Positions 18,045 through 28,201 are shown, counted from the first letter of the stretch. The stretch is 64,000 nucleotides of DNA from Proteobacteria bacterium UBA981 (GCA_002292285.1 DBBP01000008.1:497089-561088), one strand, 5' to 3'. Program-made: numbers and translations. The notes: generated by a model not told the origin, from the sequence alone.

Positions 18045-19181
18045 CTACTCCTGGGCCGGCAGCTCCACCGTTGCACTCCCTTTGGCGGTGATTTCTTCGA
18101 GTTGATTCTCGATCCAAACGTCAAAATCGACAAGATGAATACCGTCTTCAATACGCTTATCGGTGACGCGTGCGCGACACCACGACACGTCACCAAAAAT
18201 GTTCGGGCGGCGCAGCGACACCTTGAGCTTGCGCAAGAAACCATCGTCGCCCATCCAGTTCGTCATCAATTGCCCGAGCCACGAAATGCGCTGCGTACCC
18301 ACGTCGTAGCCGCCTGGCATCCCCACATCGCGCGCCATTTTCTGTTCCGCGTGGCCACGTGCAGGATTATCTTCTGCACCAGTCTTGGTATCGATAAACG
18401 CATCTGCCGGGTGCCGTTTGCGATGCATAGTCGCGCGCCGATGTGCTTGGTAGCTGTGTCCACCACCGGCGTACCAACAAATCATATCGGTAATATTGAG
18501 CGGTCCTTTCAGCATCGGCTGAATCGTGTCGCCGACGGCGACCAAATGCCAGTCGCGCGCCAATGCGCCGCGCAGTTCCTCGATTTCGATGTGATGAGCG
18601 ATATGTTCAAGTTCGTCGGAAGTGTAGCGATGTGCTTCACGTGGCGCGTAATTAAGACCATCGCGCGCTTTAGCGCGAGGCACCCGGGCTGTGCTTCCAA
18701 GCGCACGACTGACCAGCTCACCGTGCTGATTGGTGTAGAGCACCTCGCCGGTCTGAATAATGAATGTCTTGGCAGCCGACCCGCTTTTCTCGACCGCCTC
18801 AAGCAATGTCGCACGGGCGCTGAAGCTGTCTCGATGCCGAATCGGCTTGTACCACTCCCATTCCGTGCCGCCGTAGAGCCATTGAATACCGCGAAGTTTC
18901 GGTGCCACCACCGTCGTATCAATCGTGTAAAGAAAGCAGCCCGGGGCAAGGGCCGCGTTCCAACGAGTCGCCGAGCCATACTCGGGAGCGCAGAACAACG
19001 GATTTTCATCGCCCAATGACCAACAGTAATGACGCACGCTATCCGGTGCTGCTTCGGTGTTCCATTGCTGTGAACCGCGCCGCAAGGGTACCCCAATCAG
19101 ACTCCGTGCTTCTTCTAATGCGCCCTCCCACAGGGCTGGCGATTGATTCGCAGGTGGCGCGTTCTGTTCAGGTGGTGTCAT
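18045..19181 (-). CDS. Double hot-dog acyl dehydratase/enoyl-CoA hydratase (FAS1-like N-terminal half plus MaoC-like C-terminal half)
   Basis: 378 aa. The N-half has HYCWSLGDENPLF. The C-half has GGYDVGTQRISWLGQLMTNWMG...FGDVSWCRARVTDK, a MaoC-like pattern. It sits between two CoA-transferase genes on the same strand. Confidence 0.65.
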   Translation of the reverse strand: MTPPEQNAPPANQSPALWEGALEEARSLIGVPLRRGSQQWNTEAAPDSVRHYCWSLGDENPLFCAPEYGSATRWNAALAPGCFLYTIDTTVVAPKLRGIQWLYGGTEWEWYKPIRHRDSFSARATLLEAVEKSGSAAKTFIIQTGEVLYTNQHGELVSRALGSTARVPRAKARDGLNYAPREAHRYTSDELEHIAHHIEIEELRGALARDWHLVAVGDTIQPMLKGPLNITDMICWYAGGGHSYQAHRRATMHRKRHPADAFIDTKTGAEDNPARGHAEQKMARDVGMPGGYDVGTQRISWLGQLMTNWMGDDGFLRKLKVSLRRPNIFGDVSWCRARVTDKRIEDGIHLVDFDVWIENQLEEITAKGSATVELPAQE

Positions 19182-19199
19182 GCTCAGTCTGCCCTGTGT

Positions 19200-21602
19200 T
19201 CAAGCCACGACGCCAGCGTCGCGAAGCTCGTTAATTTCTGCCTCACTCAAGCCGAGCAAGTCGCCGAGCACGACGTTATTGTGCTCACCTGTTTGCGGGC
19301 CGCATGTCTCGATGCGCGGCGCAAAATCGGAAAAGCACCACGGCGCCCTAAACAATTCTTCTTCGCCATAAACCGGAATATCGACCCGCTGTTTAATGTT
19401 GCGAGCAGCGAAATGGGGATCGCGCCATTGTTCTTCTATCGACAGCACCGGCGCACTGGCAACGCCGGCGGCTCGCAAACGTTGCACAAGGTCATCACGC
19501 GGTTGGGTCGCTGTCCAGGATGCCAGCGCGGCATCGAGTTCCGCCGCGTGCTGCACCCGTCCCGCACGAGTGCTATAGCGCTCATCAGCATGCCAGGAGG
19601 CATCCGGATGGAGTGCTTTCAACGCCAGCCAGCCAGCCTCATCGAAGATCGCAATGGTCAACCAGGCATCATCGTCCAGCGCCGGATACACGCCATGCGG
19701 CGCATAGTCAGGATGGCTGTTACCCGCGGCGCCCGAGCTACTCGCAGCGCGCTGCCCGGCAATGATTGAGGGCCGCAAAACGCTGATCAGCGCTTCGATC
19801 TGCGACACGTCGATGTAACTGCCCTCGCCGCTCAAGCGCGCCCGACGCAGCGCCGCCATAACCACGCACAAGGCATGCGCAGAGGCATTCGGATCACCAA
19901 ACGCGAAACCCAATGCGCCGATCGGCGCTTCGCCGCGATACCCGACCAGCGTCTCCAGACCAGCGGCACTGGACATGTTTGGCGCATAAGCACGCATATC
20001 CGCCAACGGCCCAAACTGGCCGGCCGCCGACATAGACAGCATCACCAAGCCCGGGTTGAGCTCGCGCAACGTGTCGTAGCCAAGACCGTTGCGTTCCATC
20101 GTGCCAGGCGACATGTTCTCGACGATTAAATCGCTCATCGTGATCAGGCGTTTTAACAAGGCGACGGCGCGTGGTTTTTTGGTGTTCAGGGTGATGCCAA
20201 GCTTGCCGTGATTGACTTGGTGATACATGGGCGACATCTCTTTCGAAGGTCCTTCCACCTTCTTACCATTCCGTATCACCCTGCCAGACAAACGCAGATT
20301 ATCCGGACGGCCGGCGTGCTCCACTTTAATCACCTGTGCGCCAAGTTCAGCGAGCATGGTACTGACCCACGGCGCCGACCAGACCCAGCCGAGATCGACA
20401 ACGCGCATCCCCGCCAGCGGTTGCTCAATGGTCGGCGTGGGGCCACTTGCGGCCAACGGTGTACCGTCCGCCAGCAGGCTAGCGCTGACGTCGGCAGCGT
20501 GTTCAGCGCGTTTCGTCGTGACGTGGAACGGCAGTTGCGGCGTTCGCACCGTTTCATCGTCGAGCGTTTGGCCGGTAAAAAATTTGCGCGCTTCGAAGTG
20601 CGGCGTTTGTAACACTTCGTCGATGGTTCGCAGCGGTGACATGATTAAATTGTTTTCTAACGCAATGGCTGCCAGCTCTGCCTTGGTCTTATCCGCCAGC
20701 CACGGCATCACCAACGCGTCGACTTCGTCCGGATACTGCTGGCCCATTGCGCGTAAATTCTGATAGCGCGGCTCGTTGCTCCAGGCCGGATTACCCATCA
20801 CTTTAACCAGGCGCGCCCATTCTTCCGGGGTGCGTCCGAAGATGCACACCTCCCCGTCTTTACACGGCAGGATGACGTAGGGGTACGCACCACCAGAACC
20901 ACTCGCTCGCCGACCGTTACGGTGCCAACGCAGGCCGTGGTGGATATACAGCCGGCAGTTCGCTGCCACGTAGCTAGCGAGCACGTCGGCAAGCGCGATG
21001 TCGACCACCCGCCCCTGGCCACAATCGTCGCGAACCTGCAGCGCTAACAGGCTCGCCGATGCCAAAGTCACACCACCCTGTTGTTCAACTATCCCCGGAG
21101 GCAGGGAAAGCGGTTCTCTGGCCGGGTCCCCAAGGGCCCAAAGAACGCCGCTGATTGCCTGCGCTTCGAGCGCTGTGGCAGGGTATTTCGCATACGTTCC
21201 GGCAAGCCCAAAAGGCGACGCCACGCCAATGATGAGGTCGGGCAAGCGTCGCTGGAGTTCCTCAAAAGATCCTGCGAGCGTCGCAAACGTTTGCGGCGCG
21301 TCGCAAAGCAGAATATCGACGTCCACCAAGGCCCTCTCAAGCGCTGCCGATGAGGCGTCACAGCGCAATTCCGACTTGCCCTCAGCAAGCGAACAGATCG
21401 TTTTCGTCAATGCGCTGTCTGGCAGATCGGGCGGGCAATTTGCAGTCTGCAGCCGACACACTGCGGCTCCCATGCGTGCGAGCAACCAACCCGCGTAGGC
21501 GGCGGCCAGGCCGCTTCCGTCGCCTGCGAATTCGACTACCCGGACCGGTCTCGTGAGTGGCTTTTCAGTCATAGTTTGAGACGTATCCCGCCGCGCATCC
21601 AC
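19200..21602 (-). CDS. Tandem-fused family III CoA-transferase (two CaiB/BaiF modules in one 800-aa polypeptide)
   Basis: Module 1 has VRVVEFAGDGSGLAAAYAGWLLARMGAAVCRL. Module 2 has GMRVVDLGWVWSAPWVSTMLAELGAQVIKVEHAGRPDNLR. The start is GTG 21602 or ATG 21572. Confidence 0.8.
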   Translation of the reverse strand: MDARRDTSQTMTEKPLTRPVRVVEFAGDGSGLAAAYAGWLLARMGAAVCRLQTANCPPDLPDSALTKTICSLAEGKSELRCDASSAALERALVDVDILLCDAPQTFATLAGSFEELQRRLPDLIIGVASPFGLAGTYAKYPATALEAQAISGVLWALGDPAREPLSLPPGIVEQQGGVTLASASLLALQVRDDCGQGRVVDIALADVLASYVAANCRLYIHHGLRWHRNGRRASGSGGAYPYVILPCKDGEVCIFGRTPEEWARLVKVMGNPAWSNEPRYQNLRAMGQQYPDEVDALVMPWLADKTKAELAAIALENNLIMSPLRTIDEVLQTPHFEARKFFTGQTLDDETVRTPQLPFHVTTKRAEHAADVSASLLADGTPLAASGPTPTIEQPLAGMRVVDLGWVWSAPWVSTMLAELGAQVIKVEHAGRPDNLRLSGRVIRNGKKVEGPSKEMSPMYHQVNHGKLGITLNTKKPRAVALLKRLITMSDLIVENMSPGTMERNGLGYDTLRELNPGLVMLSMSAAGQFGPLADMRAYAPNMSSAAGLETLVGYRGEAPIGALGFAFGDPNASAHALCVVMAALRRARLSGEGSYIDVSQIEALISVLRPSIIAGQRAASSSGAAGNSHPDYAPHGVYPALDDDAWLTIAIFDEAGWLALKALHPDASWHADERYSTRAGRVQHAAELDAALASWTATQPRDDLVQRLRAAGVASAPVLSIEEQWRDPHFAARNIKQRVDIPVYGEEELFRAPWCFSDFAPRIETCGPQTGEHNNVVLGDLLGLSEAEINELRDAGVVA

Positions 21603-21856
21603 GGTTGAGCCCGCGCCGAGCGGGCAGAATTTATTGTTTTCGAGGACCGCACGAGTGCCAACGAACGCGCAAGGGTAATGAAGAGCGCACGCGAATAAAA
21701 GCGCGGTTGACGGTGTGAATCGTCAGGCCTAGGGTTAGCGACTGTCCTCACCCGGCATGCGTGTATGAGCACCAAGCAAGACTGCCACACAACCACTCAA
21801 ACCAGCACAGCGTCATCCACGCTGCGACTGCGGTCAGCCATTTTTCCAGCACTGCT

Positions 21857-22441
21857 ATGGATCTGACGCCAATCGTTCTCGAGGGCGCAGCCGTGCGGCT
21901 CGAGCCGTTATCCCTGACCCATGCCGACGCGTTGGTCGAAGCGGCAGCTGATGGCGCGTTGTGGGAGTCGAAAGTCACCACCATACCGACATCGGCAAGT
22001 ATCGAAAGCTACATCAACAATGCCTTGCTCACACACCAGCAAGGTGCCGCGTTACCTTTCGCAATCGTTAGCAAACTGAACAGCCGGGTAGTGGGCAGCA
22101 CGCGCTTTTTGCATATCACTGCTGGACATCGCCGCGTCGAGATTGGCTATACGTGGCTCGCATCGAGCGCCCAGCGCACGGCCGTCAACACGGAAGCGAA
22201 ATTGTTGCTTCTCACCCATGCTTTTGAGCGCTGGCAATGTATCCGCGCCGAATTGCTGACCGATGTTCTCAACAGCGCCTCACGGGCAGCCATTCGACGT
22301 CTCGGCGCGCGCGAGGAAGGTGTTCTTCACCACCACATGCTCATGCCGGATGGACGCATTCGCGACTCAGTCATCCATGCGATCGTTGCAAACGATTGGC
22401 CTGCGATAAAGGCACGTTTGCAAGACCGGCTCAGCGCCTGA
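21857..22441 (+). CDS. GNAT family N-acetyltransferase (RimJ/RimL-like)
   Basis: Start at ATG 21857 (MDLTPIVLEGAAVRLEPLSLTHADAL). The block RVEIGYTWLASSAQRTAVNTEAKLLLLTHAFE...AIRRLGAREEGVLHHHM is typical of GNAT. Confidence 0.7.
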   Translation: MDLTPIVLEGAAVRLEPLSLTHADALVEAAADGALWESKVTTIPTSASIESYINNALLTHQQGAALPFAIVSKLNSRVVGSTRFLHITAGHRRVEIGYTWLASSAQRTAVNTEAKLLLLTHAFERWQCIRAELLTDVLNSASRAAIRRLGAREEGVLHHHMLMPDGRIRDSVIHAIVANDWPAIKARLQDRLSA

Positions 22442-22675
22442 ATCCGATCCGTACAATCCGTTGCCAACGTCGCCGGTGACCTGATGATGTCAAACGAAAC
22501 CGGGCGTTATCCAAAGCTTGCGCCGCACGGGTCGCCTTCGCTCGTGCTGCTCACTCCTACGCTAGTTGCGGGTAGTTGACTGCCTGGACGGAGCAAATTT
22601 CCGTGTGATTGTCATTGGGCTACGAAAACGCTGCCCGTATACTGAGCGTACGGGATATCTCACGCCGGGGGCAGG

Positions 22676-25348
22676 GTGCTAATAGACGAACTGATCATCG
22701 CAGTGCGAGAGCTGCTCGAGCACGAGGGCCGCGTAGCGTATCGCATGCTGAAGCGCCGTTTCGAGCTCAACGACGACGATCTCGAAGACATCAAAGCAGA
22801 GTTAATCGACGCCAAACGGATTGCCGCGGATGAAGATGGCAAAGTCATGGTCTGGCTTGGCGCACCTCAAGACGACAGTGCGGTGACTCACTCGCGCGCG
22901 CCAGCGGCTGCAAATGTCGCCGATCGCAGACTCATTACGGTCATGTTTTGTGACATCGTTGGTTCGACCGAGTATTCGGCACGCTTCGATGCGGAGGAGC
23001 TGCGCGACATCGTGCGCGAGTACCAGCAAATCTGCTCGACGATCATCGCACGCTGCGACGGCCATGTAGCCCAGTATCTGGGTGATGGTTTACTGGTCTA
23101 CTTTGGCTATCCAGCAGCACTCGAAGACGAAGCAGGTCGCTCGGTACAAGCGTCCCTGGAAATTCTCGCGGCCCTGCGCGACGCCGAACACCTCAACACG
23201 AGATTGGGCGGCCCATTACGCGTGCGTATCGGCATCCATACGGGTTCGGTCGTCATCGGTGAGATGGGTGGTGCGGAACGCCATGAGACCCTCGCGTTGG
23301 GCGAAACGCCGAACATTGCCGCCCGCGTGCAGTCAGCTGCAAGTCCGGATGAAATCCTCATCACCGCCACGACGCATCGGCTGGTCGATGGTTTGTATGA
23401 ATGCGAATTACACGGCTCGCACACCCTTAAAGGCGTCGCAAAGCCGGTTGATTTGTACAGTGTGCGTGGCGAAAGCGCCCCATTGAACCGCTACGAAGTC
23501 GCCCTAAGCACCGGCAATCTGACCGATTTCGTCGGCCGTCAGGAGGAATTACAGCTCCTCGGTCGTCACTGGGCGCAAGCGCGTTCGGGTTATGGTCAGG
23601 TCGTGCTGCTCAGTGGCGAGGCCGGTATCGGCAAATCTCGTCTGGTGCAGGAATTCAAGAAAGAACTCGGGCCGGAAGCCCATCAAATCACCCTGCGCTG
23701 CTCGCCCAACCACCAGGACAGCGCCTTTTATCCACTGGCGCAATTGCTCCGCCGCGTATTCGGGATCGAGAGCGATGATCCGGAAGCAGTCCGTATTAAC
23801 AAGCTCGAAGAAGGATTGCGCGAACACAGCTTTACTAAACCACAAACCGCACCGCTGCTGGCGTCCCTGCTGGGGCTGGTGCATCCGCAGGCCGAGATCC
23901 TTGAAGGCCTCGAACCGCAGGCCCGCACGGCGGAAATGTTCGAAGCGCTGGTCGAGTGGTTCAGGGAGCAAAGTGCTGAACGGCCACTGTACCTGGTCTG
24001 GGACGACGTGCACTGGATGGACCCGGCGACGGACGAGTTTCTCAGTACGTTAATCGAACGCATTCCGGCGACCCGCACGCTCGCGGTGCTCGCATTTCGC
24101 TCCGATTTCGTGCCGCCATGGAGCAAACGGACCTTCCTTGAGCTGCTGTCCGTTGGGCGACTACCGGAACGCGACGTCGATGCCATGATTAGCCATCTTA
24201 CCGAGCGAGAGAACATCCCCCTCGCCCTCGGACGGCACATTAAAAGTAAGACCGACGGGATACCGCTCTACGTTGAAGAACTGACCAAAGCTATCGTCGA
24301 TGGCGGTTTGCTCGATGAACGAGAGAAATTCGAGCTATCGGACACTTTGCAAGGGATCAGCATCCCCGCAACATTGCAGGACTCACTCGAGGCCCGCATT
24401 GATAGCTGCCCGCACGGCAAACTTGCTGCCCAGTGGGGCGCAGTGATTGGTCGCGAATTCGGTTTACGGCTGTTAGGCCGGGTCATCAAAGACCGGGCGT
24501 TGTTATCCAGCGGCCTGAACGAATTACTCGACGCGGAGCTTATCTACCGCAGCGGTACCGCAGCCAATCCGACCTTCATCTTCAAACATGCACTCATTCG
24601 TGATACTGCGTACGAATCCCTGCTCAACAAACATCGACGCGTGTACCACGCCGATGTCGCTAACGCCCTGGAAGAACATTTTCCCGAGACGGTCAAACGC
24701 GAACCGGAGCTACTGGCGTTTCACTTTACCCAAGCTGCCAATCATGAGCGTGCCATCGAGCACCTGTTCATTGCCGGCAAGCGCGCCATCGAGCGCTCGG
24801 CTGAGCAGGTTGCTCAGGCGCACTTCAGACAGGCCTTGCAGGCTATTCCGGCTATTCCGGAGGGAACCGAACGTACTGCGCTGGAACTCAAACTGCTGCT
24901 CTTGCTTGGCCCCCTGCTGAGTGCTGCCCTGGGCAATGCCGCCGATGAGGTAGAGGCTTTGTATCAACGCGCCGTGAAACTGTGCCGCAGTCCCGAGCAC
25001 AGTGGCTCGCGCTTTCCTGCCTACTTCGGTCTGCGCGCCTGCCACCTTGCAAAATCCGATCTGAAATCGGCACACGAGATTGGTGAGGCATTGTTTCGCG
25101 CTGCTGCCGCAACTTCCAATCAAGATATCCTGCTGGAAGCGCATGTTGCGCTCGCCGGATCGTATTTTTTTCGCGGCGATACGGCAGCGGTCGCCCACCA
25201 TAGCGGGGCCGGGCTAAAGCCTATAAGCGCAAGAAGCATTCGCGCCATGCGCTGCTATATGGCATCGAGCCTGGCGTTGCTTGCCTGGTACGCAACGCGC
25301 TCACCAGTTGGATGCAAGGATTTCCTGAGCAGGCTGAACAGAGCATGA
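22676..25348 (+). CDS. Class III adenylate/guanylate cyclase - AAA(STAND) ATPase - helical repeat protein, N-terminal fragment; frame is lost after about 25220
   Basis: The cyclase domain reads ITVMFCDIVGSTEY...YLGDGLLVYFGYP...RIGIHTGSVVIGEMG...GETPNIAARV. A P-loop (LLSGEAGIGKSRLV) and long helical repeats follow. The last ~40 residues of the track ORF look out of frame. Confidence 0.8.
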   Translation: MLIDELIIAVRELLEHEGRVAYRMLKRRFELNDDDLEDIKAELIDAKRIAADEDGKVMVWLGAPQDDSAVTHSRAPAAANVADRRLITVMFCDIVGSTEYSARFDAEELRDIVREYQQICSTIIARCDGHVAQYLGDGLLVYFGYPAALEDEAGRSVQASLEILAALRDAEHLNTRLGGPLRVRIGIHTGSVVIGEMGGAERHETLALGETPNIAARVQSAASPDEILITATTHRLVDGLYECELHGSHTLKGVAKPVDLYSVRGESAPLNRYEVALSTGNLTDFVGRQEELQLLGRHWAQARSGYGQVVLLSGEAGIGKSRLVQEFKKELGPEAHQITLRCSPNHQDSAFYPLAQLLRRVFGIESDDPEAVRINKLEEGLREHSFTKPQTAPLLASLLGLVHPQAEILEGLEPQARTAEMFEALVEWFREQSAERPLYLVWDDVHWMDPATDEFLSTLIERIPATRTLAVLAFRSDFVPPWSKRTFLELLSVGRLPERDVDAMISHLTERENIPLALGRHIKSKTDGIPLYVEELTKAIVDGGLLDEREKFELSDTLQGISIPATLQDSLEARIDSCPHGKLAAQWGAVIGREFGLRLLGRVIKDRALLSSGLNELLDAELIYRSGTAANPTFIFKHALIRDTAYESLLNKHRRVYHADVANALEEHFPETVKREPELLAFHFTQAANHERAIEHLFIAGKRAIERSAEQVAQAHFRQALQAIPAIPEGTERTALELKLLLLLGPLLSAALGNAADEVEALYQRAVKLCRSPEHSGSRFPAYFGLRACHLAKSDLKSAHEIGEALFRAAAATSNQDILLEAHVALAGSYFFRGDTAAVAHHSGAGLKPISARSIRAMRCYMASSLALLAWYATRSPVGCKDFLSRLNRA

Positions 25349-26049
25349 GCCAGGCGTTGATCAGCTGCGATGAAATTGGCCATTCAGTCTCCCGTGCGTT
25401 CGCCTATGGTCACGGGGCGACGTTGTCGGGCTGGTTGCGCAATTACGATGAAGCAGATGCCCGCGCCACCGTCGCGATCGCCGTTGCGCACCAATTTGGC
25501 ATCGCGTTCGCTGACGGTTGGAGCCTCTTACAACGCGGTCATGCCCATGCCTGTCGTGGCCAGCACGAATCCGCACACGTCGATCTTGCCGCCGGACTGG
25601 AAGTGCTGGAGCAATCCGGGCAGGCAAACGGGTTGCGCTCGCAGTTGATGTACACGTGGTTCATGAGCATGACCGCCGAGGCCCACGGAGAACTTGGCGC
25701 CCCGGAGAAAGGACTGGCGTTGTTGCCCGAAGCGATTGCCCTGATAGAAAAGACTGGTGCACGTCATCCGGAACCGTCCTTGTACCGCGTGCGCGGCGAT
25801 TTATTGCGCAGTATGGGCCTTGCCACAGAAGCGAGAGAATCTCTGGAGCACTCGCTTGAGCTGGCCAAGCAGCGCGGTGCTGTTGGCTTCGCTTTGCGGA
25901 CAGCACTCAGTCTCGTTGAACTCGACATCGAACAGTCCGCGACGCGCGCCAACCAGGGCACACTAGAGAAACTCCGCACTGCCTTTACCGAAGGCTCCCA
26001 AACGCATGATTTGCAACACGCCGATCGCCTGCTGGCCCGCATCGCCTGA
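25312..26049 (+). CDS. C-terminal TPR-like fragment of the same cyclase-AAA-TPR gene (frame 1)
   Basis: Frame 1 is open from 25204 and reads AKAYKRKKHSRHALLYGIEPGVACLVRNALTSWMQGFPEQAEQSM..., continuing the helical-repeat region. It has no start context of its own. Confidence 0.7.
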   Translation: MQGFPEQAEQSMSQALISCDEIGHSVSRAFAYGHGATLSGWLRNYDEADARATVAIAVAHQFGIAFADGWSLLQRGHAHACRGQHESAHVDLAAGLEVLEQSGQANGLRSQLMYTWFMSMTAEAHGELGAPEKGLALLPEAIALIEKTGARHPEPSLYRVRGDLLRSMGLATEARESLEHSLELAKQRGAVGFALRTALSLVELDIEQSATRANQGTLEKLRTAFTEGSQTHDLQHADRLLARIA

Positions 26050-26106
26050 CCTACGGGAAACGCTGGCGACGGGCACACCAATGATTCCGACACGAGGAAT
26101 ATCACG

Positions 26107-27105
26107 ATGACAATAATCACTTATAGACTGCGTTCTACCGGACTCGCTTGGCTGTGCGTATGCCTGTGCACATGGATGTCGGTGGTGAACGCGAAGCAGT
26201 CTGCGCATCTCGCCGACGATGTCGATGTGACGATACTGTCTTCCAACCTCGCTAACGGCGCTACCGTCGGAGAGTGGGGCTTGTCTGTACTCGTTAAAGT
26301 CGACGGTCATTGTGTGCTGTTTGACGCCGGCCGCTACCCGGATACGGTAATCAGGAACACGGAGGTGCTTGATATCGACCTGAGTTGCGTCACTGATGTC
26401 GTACTGAGTCATTTCCACTTTGACCACACCACCGGCTTGCTCCCGCTGCTGTACCATTTACGCGAACAGAATCCGCAGGCGCTGCGCAGATTGCATGTTG
26501 CCGAGGGGTTTTTCCTGTCGCGGCGTATGCCTGCGCATTCTTTGGACGCAGAATCCAATCAAATGATCGCCATAAAGGCCAAACTTGAGGCGGCAGGCGT
26601 TGAGATTCTGGTCCACGCTAAGGCGACTGAAATCTTGCCAGCGGTCTGGGTCAGCGGCCCTGTACCGCGCGAATTTCCCGAAAAGAACTATCCGAGTACG
26701 ATTGAAGTATCGCTGGATCATCGGTGGGTGGAAGATCACGTCCCGGAAAGCCAGGCCTTGACCATTGCAACCGCTGCCGGGCACATCGTGATTTTGGGGT
26801 GCGGCCATTCCGGTGTCGTTAACGCATTAACGCATATCAATAACACCATCCATCAACGTCCCGTGCACGCACTGATGGGCGGCTTGCATTTGTTTGCGGC
26901 CGACGACGAAACACTCGGCTGGACAGCAGACCGGTTGCGCGCGATTGGCGTGCAGCATTTGATGGCCGGACATTGCACCGGCATCGAACCCCTGATTCGT
27001 TTGCGCACTGGCTTAAACCTCAACCGTCGGACTGCCGTCGTTGGCGCTGTCGGCTCACGTTTTGTCTATGGCGAAGGGATTAAGCCGACCGTCATTGCAA
27101 TGTAA
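26107..27105 (+). CDS. MBL-fold metallo-hydrolase (COG1237-like), with N-terminal signal/anchor
   Basis: EWGLSVLVKVDGHCVLFDAGRYPD...VVLSHFHFDHTTGL carries the HxHxDH metal motif. The N-terminus is hydrophobic (GLAWLCVCLCTWMSVVNA). Confidence 0.7.
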   Translation: MTIITYRLRSTGLAWLCVCLCTWMSVVNAKQSAHLADDVDVTILSSNLANGATVGEWGLSVLVKVDGHCVLFDAGRYPDTVIRNTEVLDIDLSCVTDVVLSHFHFDHTTGLLPLLYHLREQNPQALRRLHVAEGFFLSRRMPAHSLDAESNQMIAIKAKLEAAGVEILVHAKATEILPAVWVSGPVPREFPEKNYPSTIEVSLDHRWVEDHVPESQALTIATAAGHIVILGCGHSGVVNALTHINNTIHQRPVHALMGGLHLFAADDETLGWTADRLRAIGVQHLMAGHCTGIEPLIRLRTGLNLNRRTAVVGAVGSRFVYGEGIKPTVIAM

Positions 27106-27170
27106 CTTAGTGCCGGGCCCGTCAGCTGCCCGGCGACCCCATCACGCAATCACAGGGAAACATACTCGAC

Positions 27171-28049
27171 ATGGAAATTGGATTATTTGGCATCAACATG
27201 GGGCCGCTCGCTGCGCCTGAAGCCTCGCTACAAGTTGCGCAAAGCGCGGAAGCGGCAGGGTTTGATTCTCTCTGGGCCGGCGAACATGTCGTGCTGCCAG
27301 AACCACAACAACCACCGTCGCCACTGCCGGCGGAATACCCCATGGTGGACCCCAACATCAGCTTCGCATGGCTGGCCGGGCAAACCGAGCGCATCTGCTT
27401 TGGTACCGGCATTATCATCCTGCCACAGCGCAATCCGTTGGTGCTAGCGAAGGAGATGGCCAGCCTCGACGCTTTGTGTCGTGGGCGCTTGCTGTTTGGC
27501 GTCGGCATTGGTTACCTGAAAGCGGAGTTCGACGCACTCGGCATACCGTTTACTCGCAAGGCGGAACGAACGCTGGAATACATCGAAGCGATGCGCGCGA
27601 TCTGGACGCAGGACAACCCTCAGTACAGCGGGGAATTTGTATCGTTTAGCGGCGTGAAGGCCTATCCGCGCCCGTTTAGGGATGGCGGCCCTCCTGTCGT
27701 GTTTGGTGGGCACGTGCCCGGGGCGTTCCAGCGGAGTGTGACCCATGCGCAGGGCTGGTACGGCTTTGGCCTCACGCCGGAAGCAACTGCAGACTGTCTG
27801 AGCGGGCTCGCAACCGCCGCGTCCGAAGTCTCGCGACCGCCACAGTTGGGTAAGCTTGAAATCAGCGTCACCCCGTTTGGCAATATCGACTTGGACGCAG
27901 CTAAACGCTACGCCGACCTCGGCGTGGAGCGCCTGATTGTGTTGTTTCCAAGCGAGTCCGATAAAGAACTTTTTTCGAAATCGGTCACCACCCAACAAAT
28001 CGTCGACTACGTCCACAAGCTTGGCGACACAGTGGTTGGACGCGTCTGA
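27171..28049 (+). CDS. Luciferase-like monooxygenase (LLM) family oxidoreductase, F420-dependent-like subclass
   Basis: MEIGLFGINMGP...AEAAGFDSLWAGEHVVLP and IIILPQRNPLVLAKEMASLDALCRGRLLFGVGIGY mark it as a paralogue of the 11491 gene. Confidence 0.8.
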   Translation: MEIGLFGINMGPLAAPEASLQVAQSAEAAGFDSLWAGEHVVLPEPQQPPSPLPAEYPMVDPNISFAWLAGQTERICFGTGIIILPQRNPLVLAKEMASLDALCRGRLLFGVGIGYLKAEFDALGIPFTRKAERTLEYIEAMRAIWTQDNPQYSGEFVSFSGVKAYPRPFRDGGPPVVFGGHVPGAFQRSVTHAQGWYGFGLTPEATADCLSGLATAASEVSRPPQLGKLEISVTPFGNIDLDAAKRYADLGVERLIVLFPSESDKELFSKSVTTQQIVDYVHKLGDTVVGRV

Positions 28050-28201
28050 ACTGAGAACCATCCCGTCGTCGCCGGGGGCAACTATACGGTTGTCCCTGGC
28101 GGACGGTTTCTTTGCGCTGCAAAAGCGGCGAATATAACTGGACCGACAGCGCGCTGCGCGTCTGTCCCTATGCAAGCAATCGAACAGAGGTCCATACCAC
28201 T

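Noticed and set aside
17985-19019. 344-aa plus-strand ORF, and similar long antisense ORFs (19143..19769, 20227..20763, 27444..28175, 35267..35971, 61728..62231, 494..1051)
   Set aside because: All are shadow ORFs opposite genes with clear family motifs, which is typical of GC-rich DNA. Their translations are Arg/Ala/Pro-rich with no recognisable domains.
22531-22565. Dispersed partial copy of the 147-bp repeat (GTGCTGCTCACTCCTACGC versus GTGCTCGCTCACTCCTCGCC)
   Set aside because: The similarity is limited to about 15 of 20 nt and could be chance in GC-rich DNA. It needs a genome-wide search before being called a repeat family.
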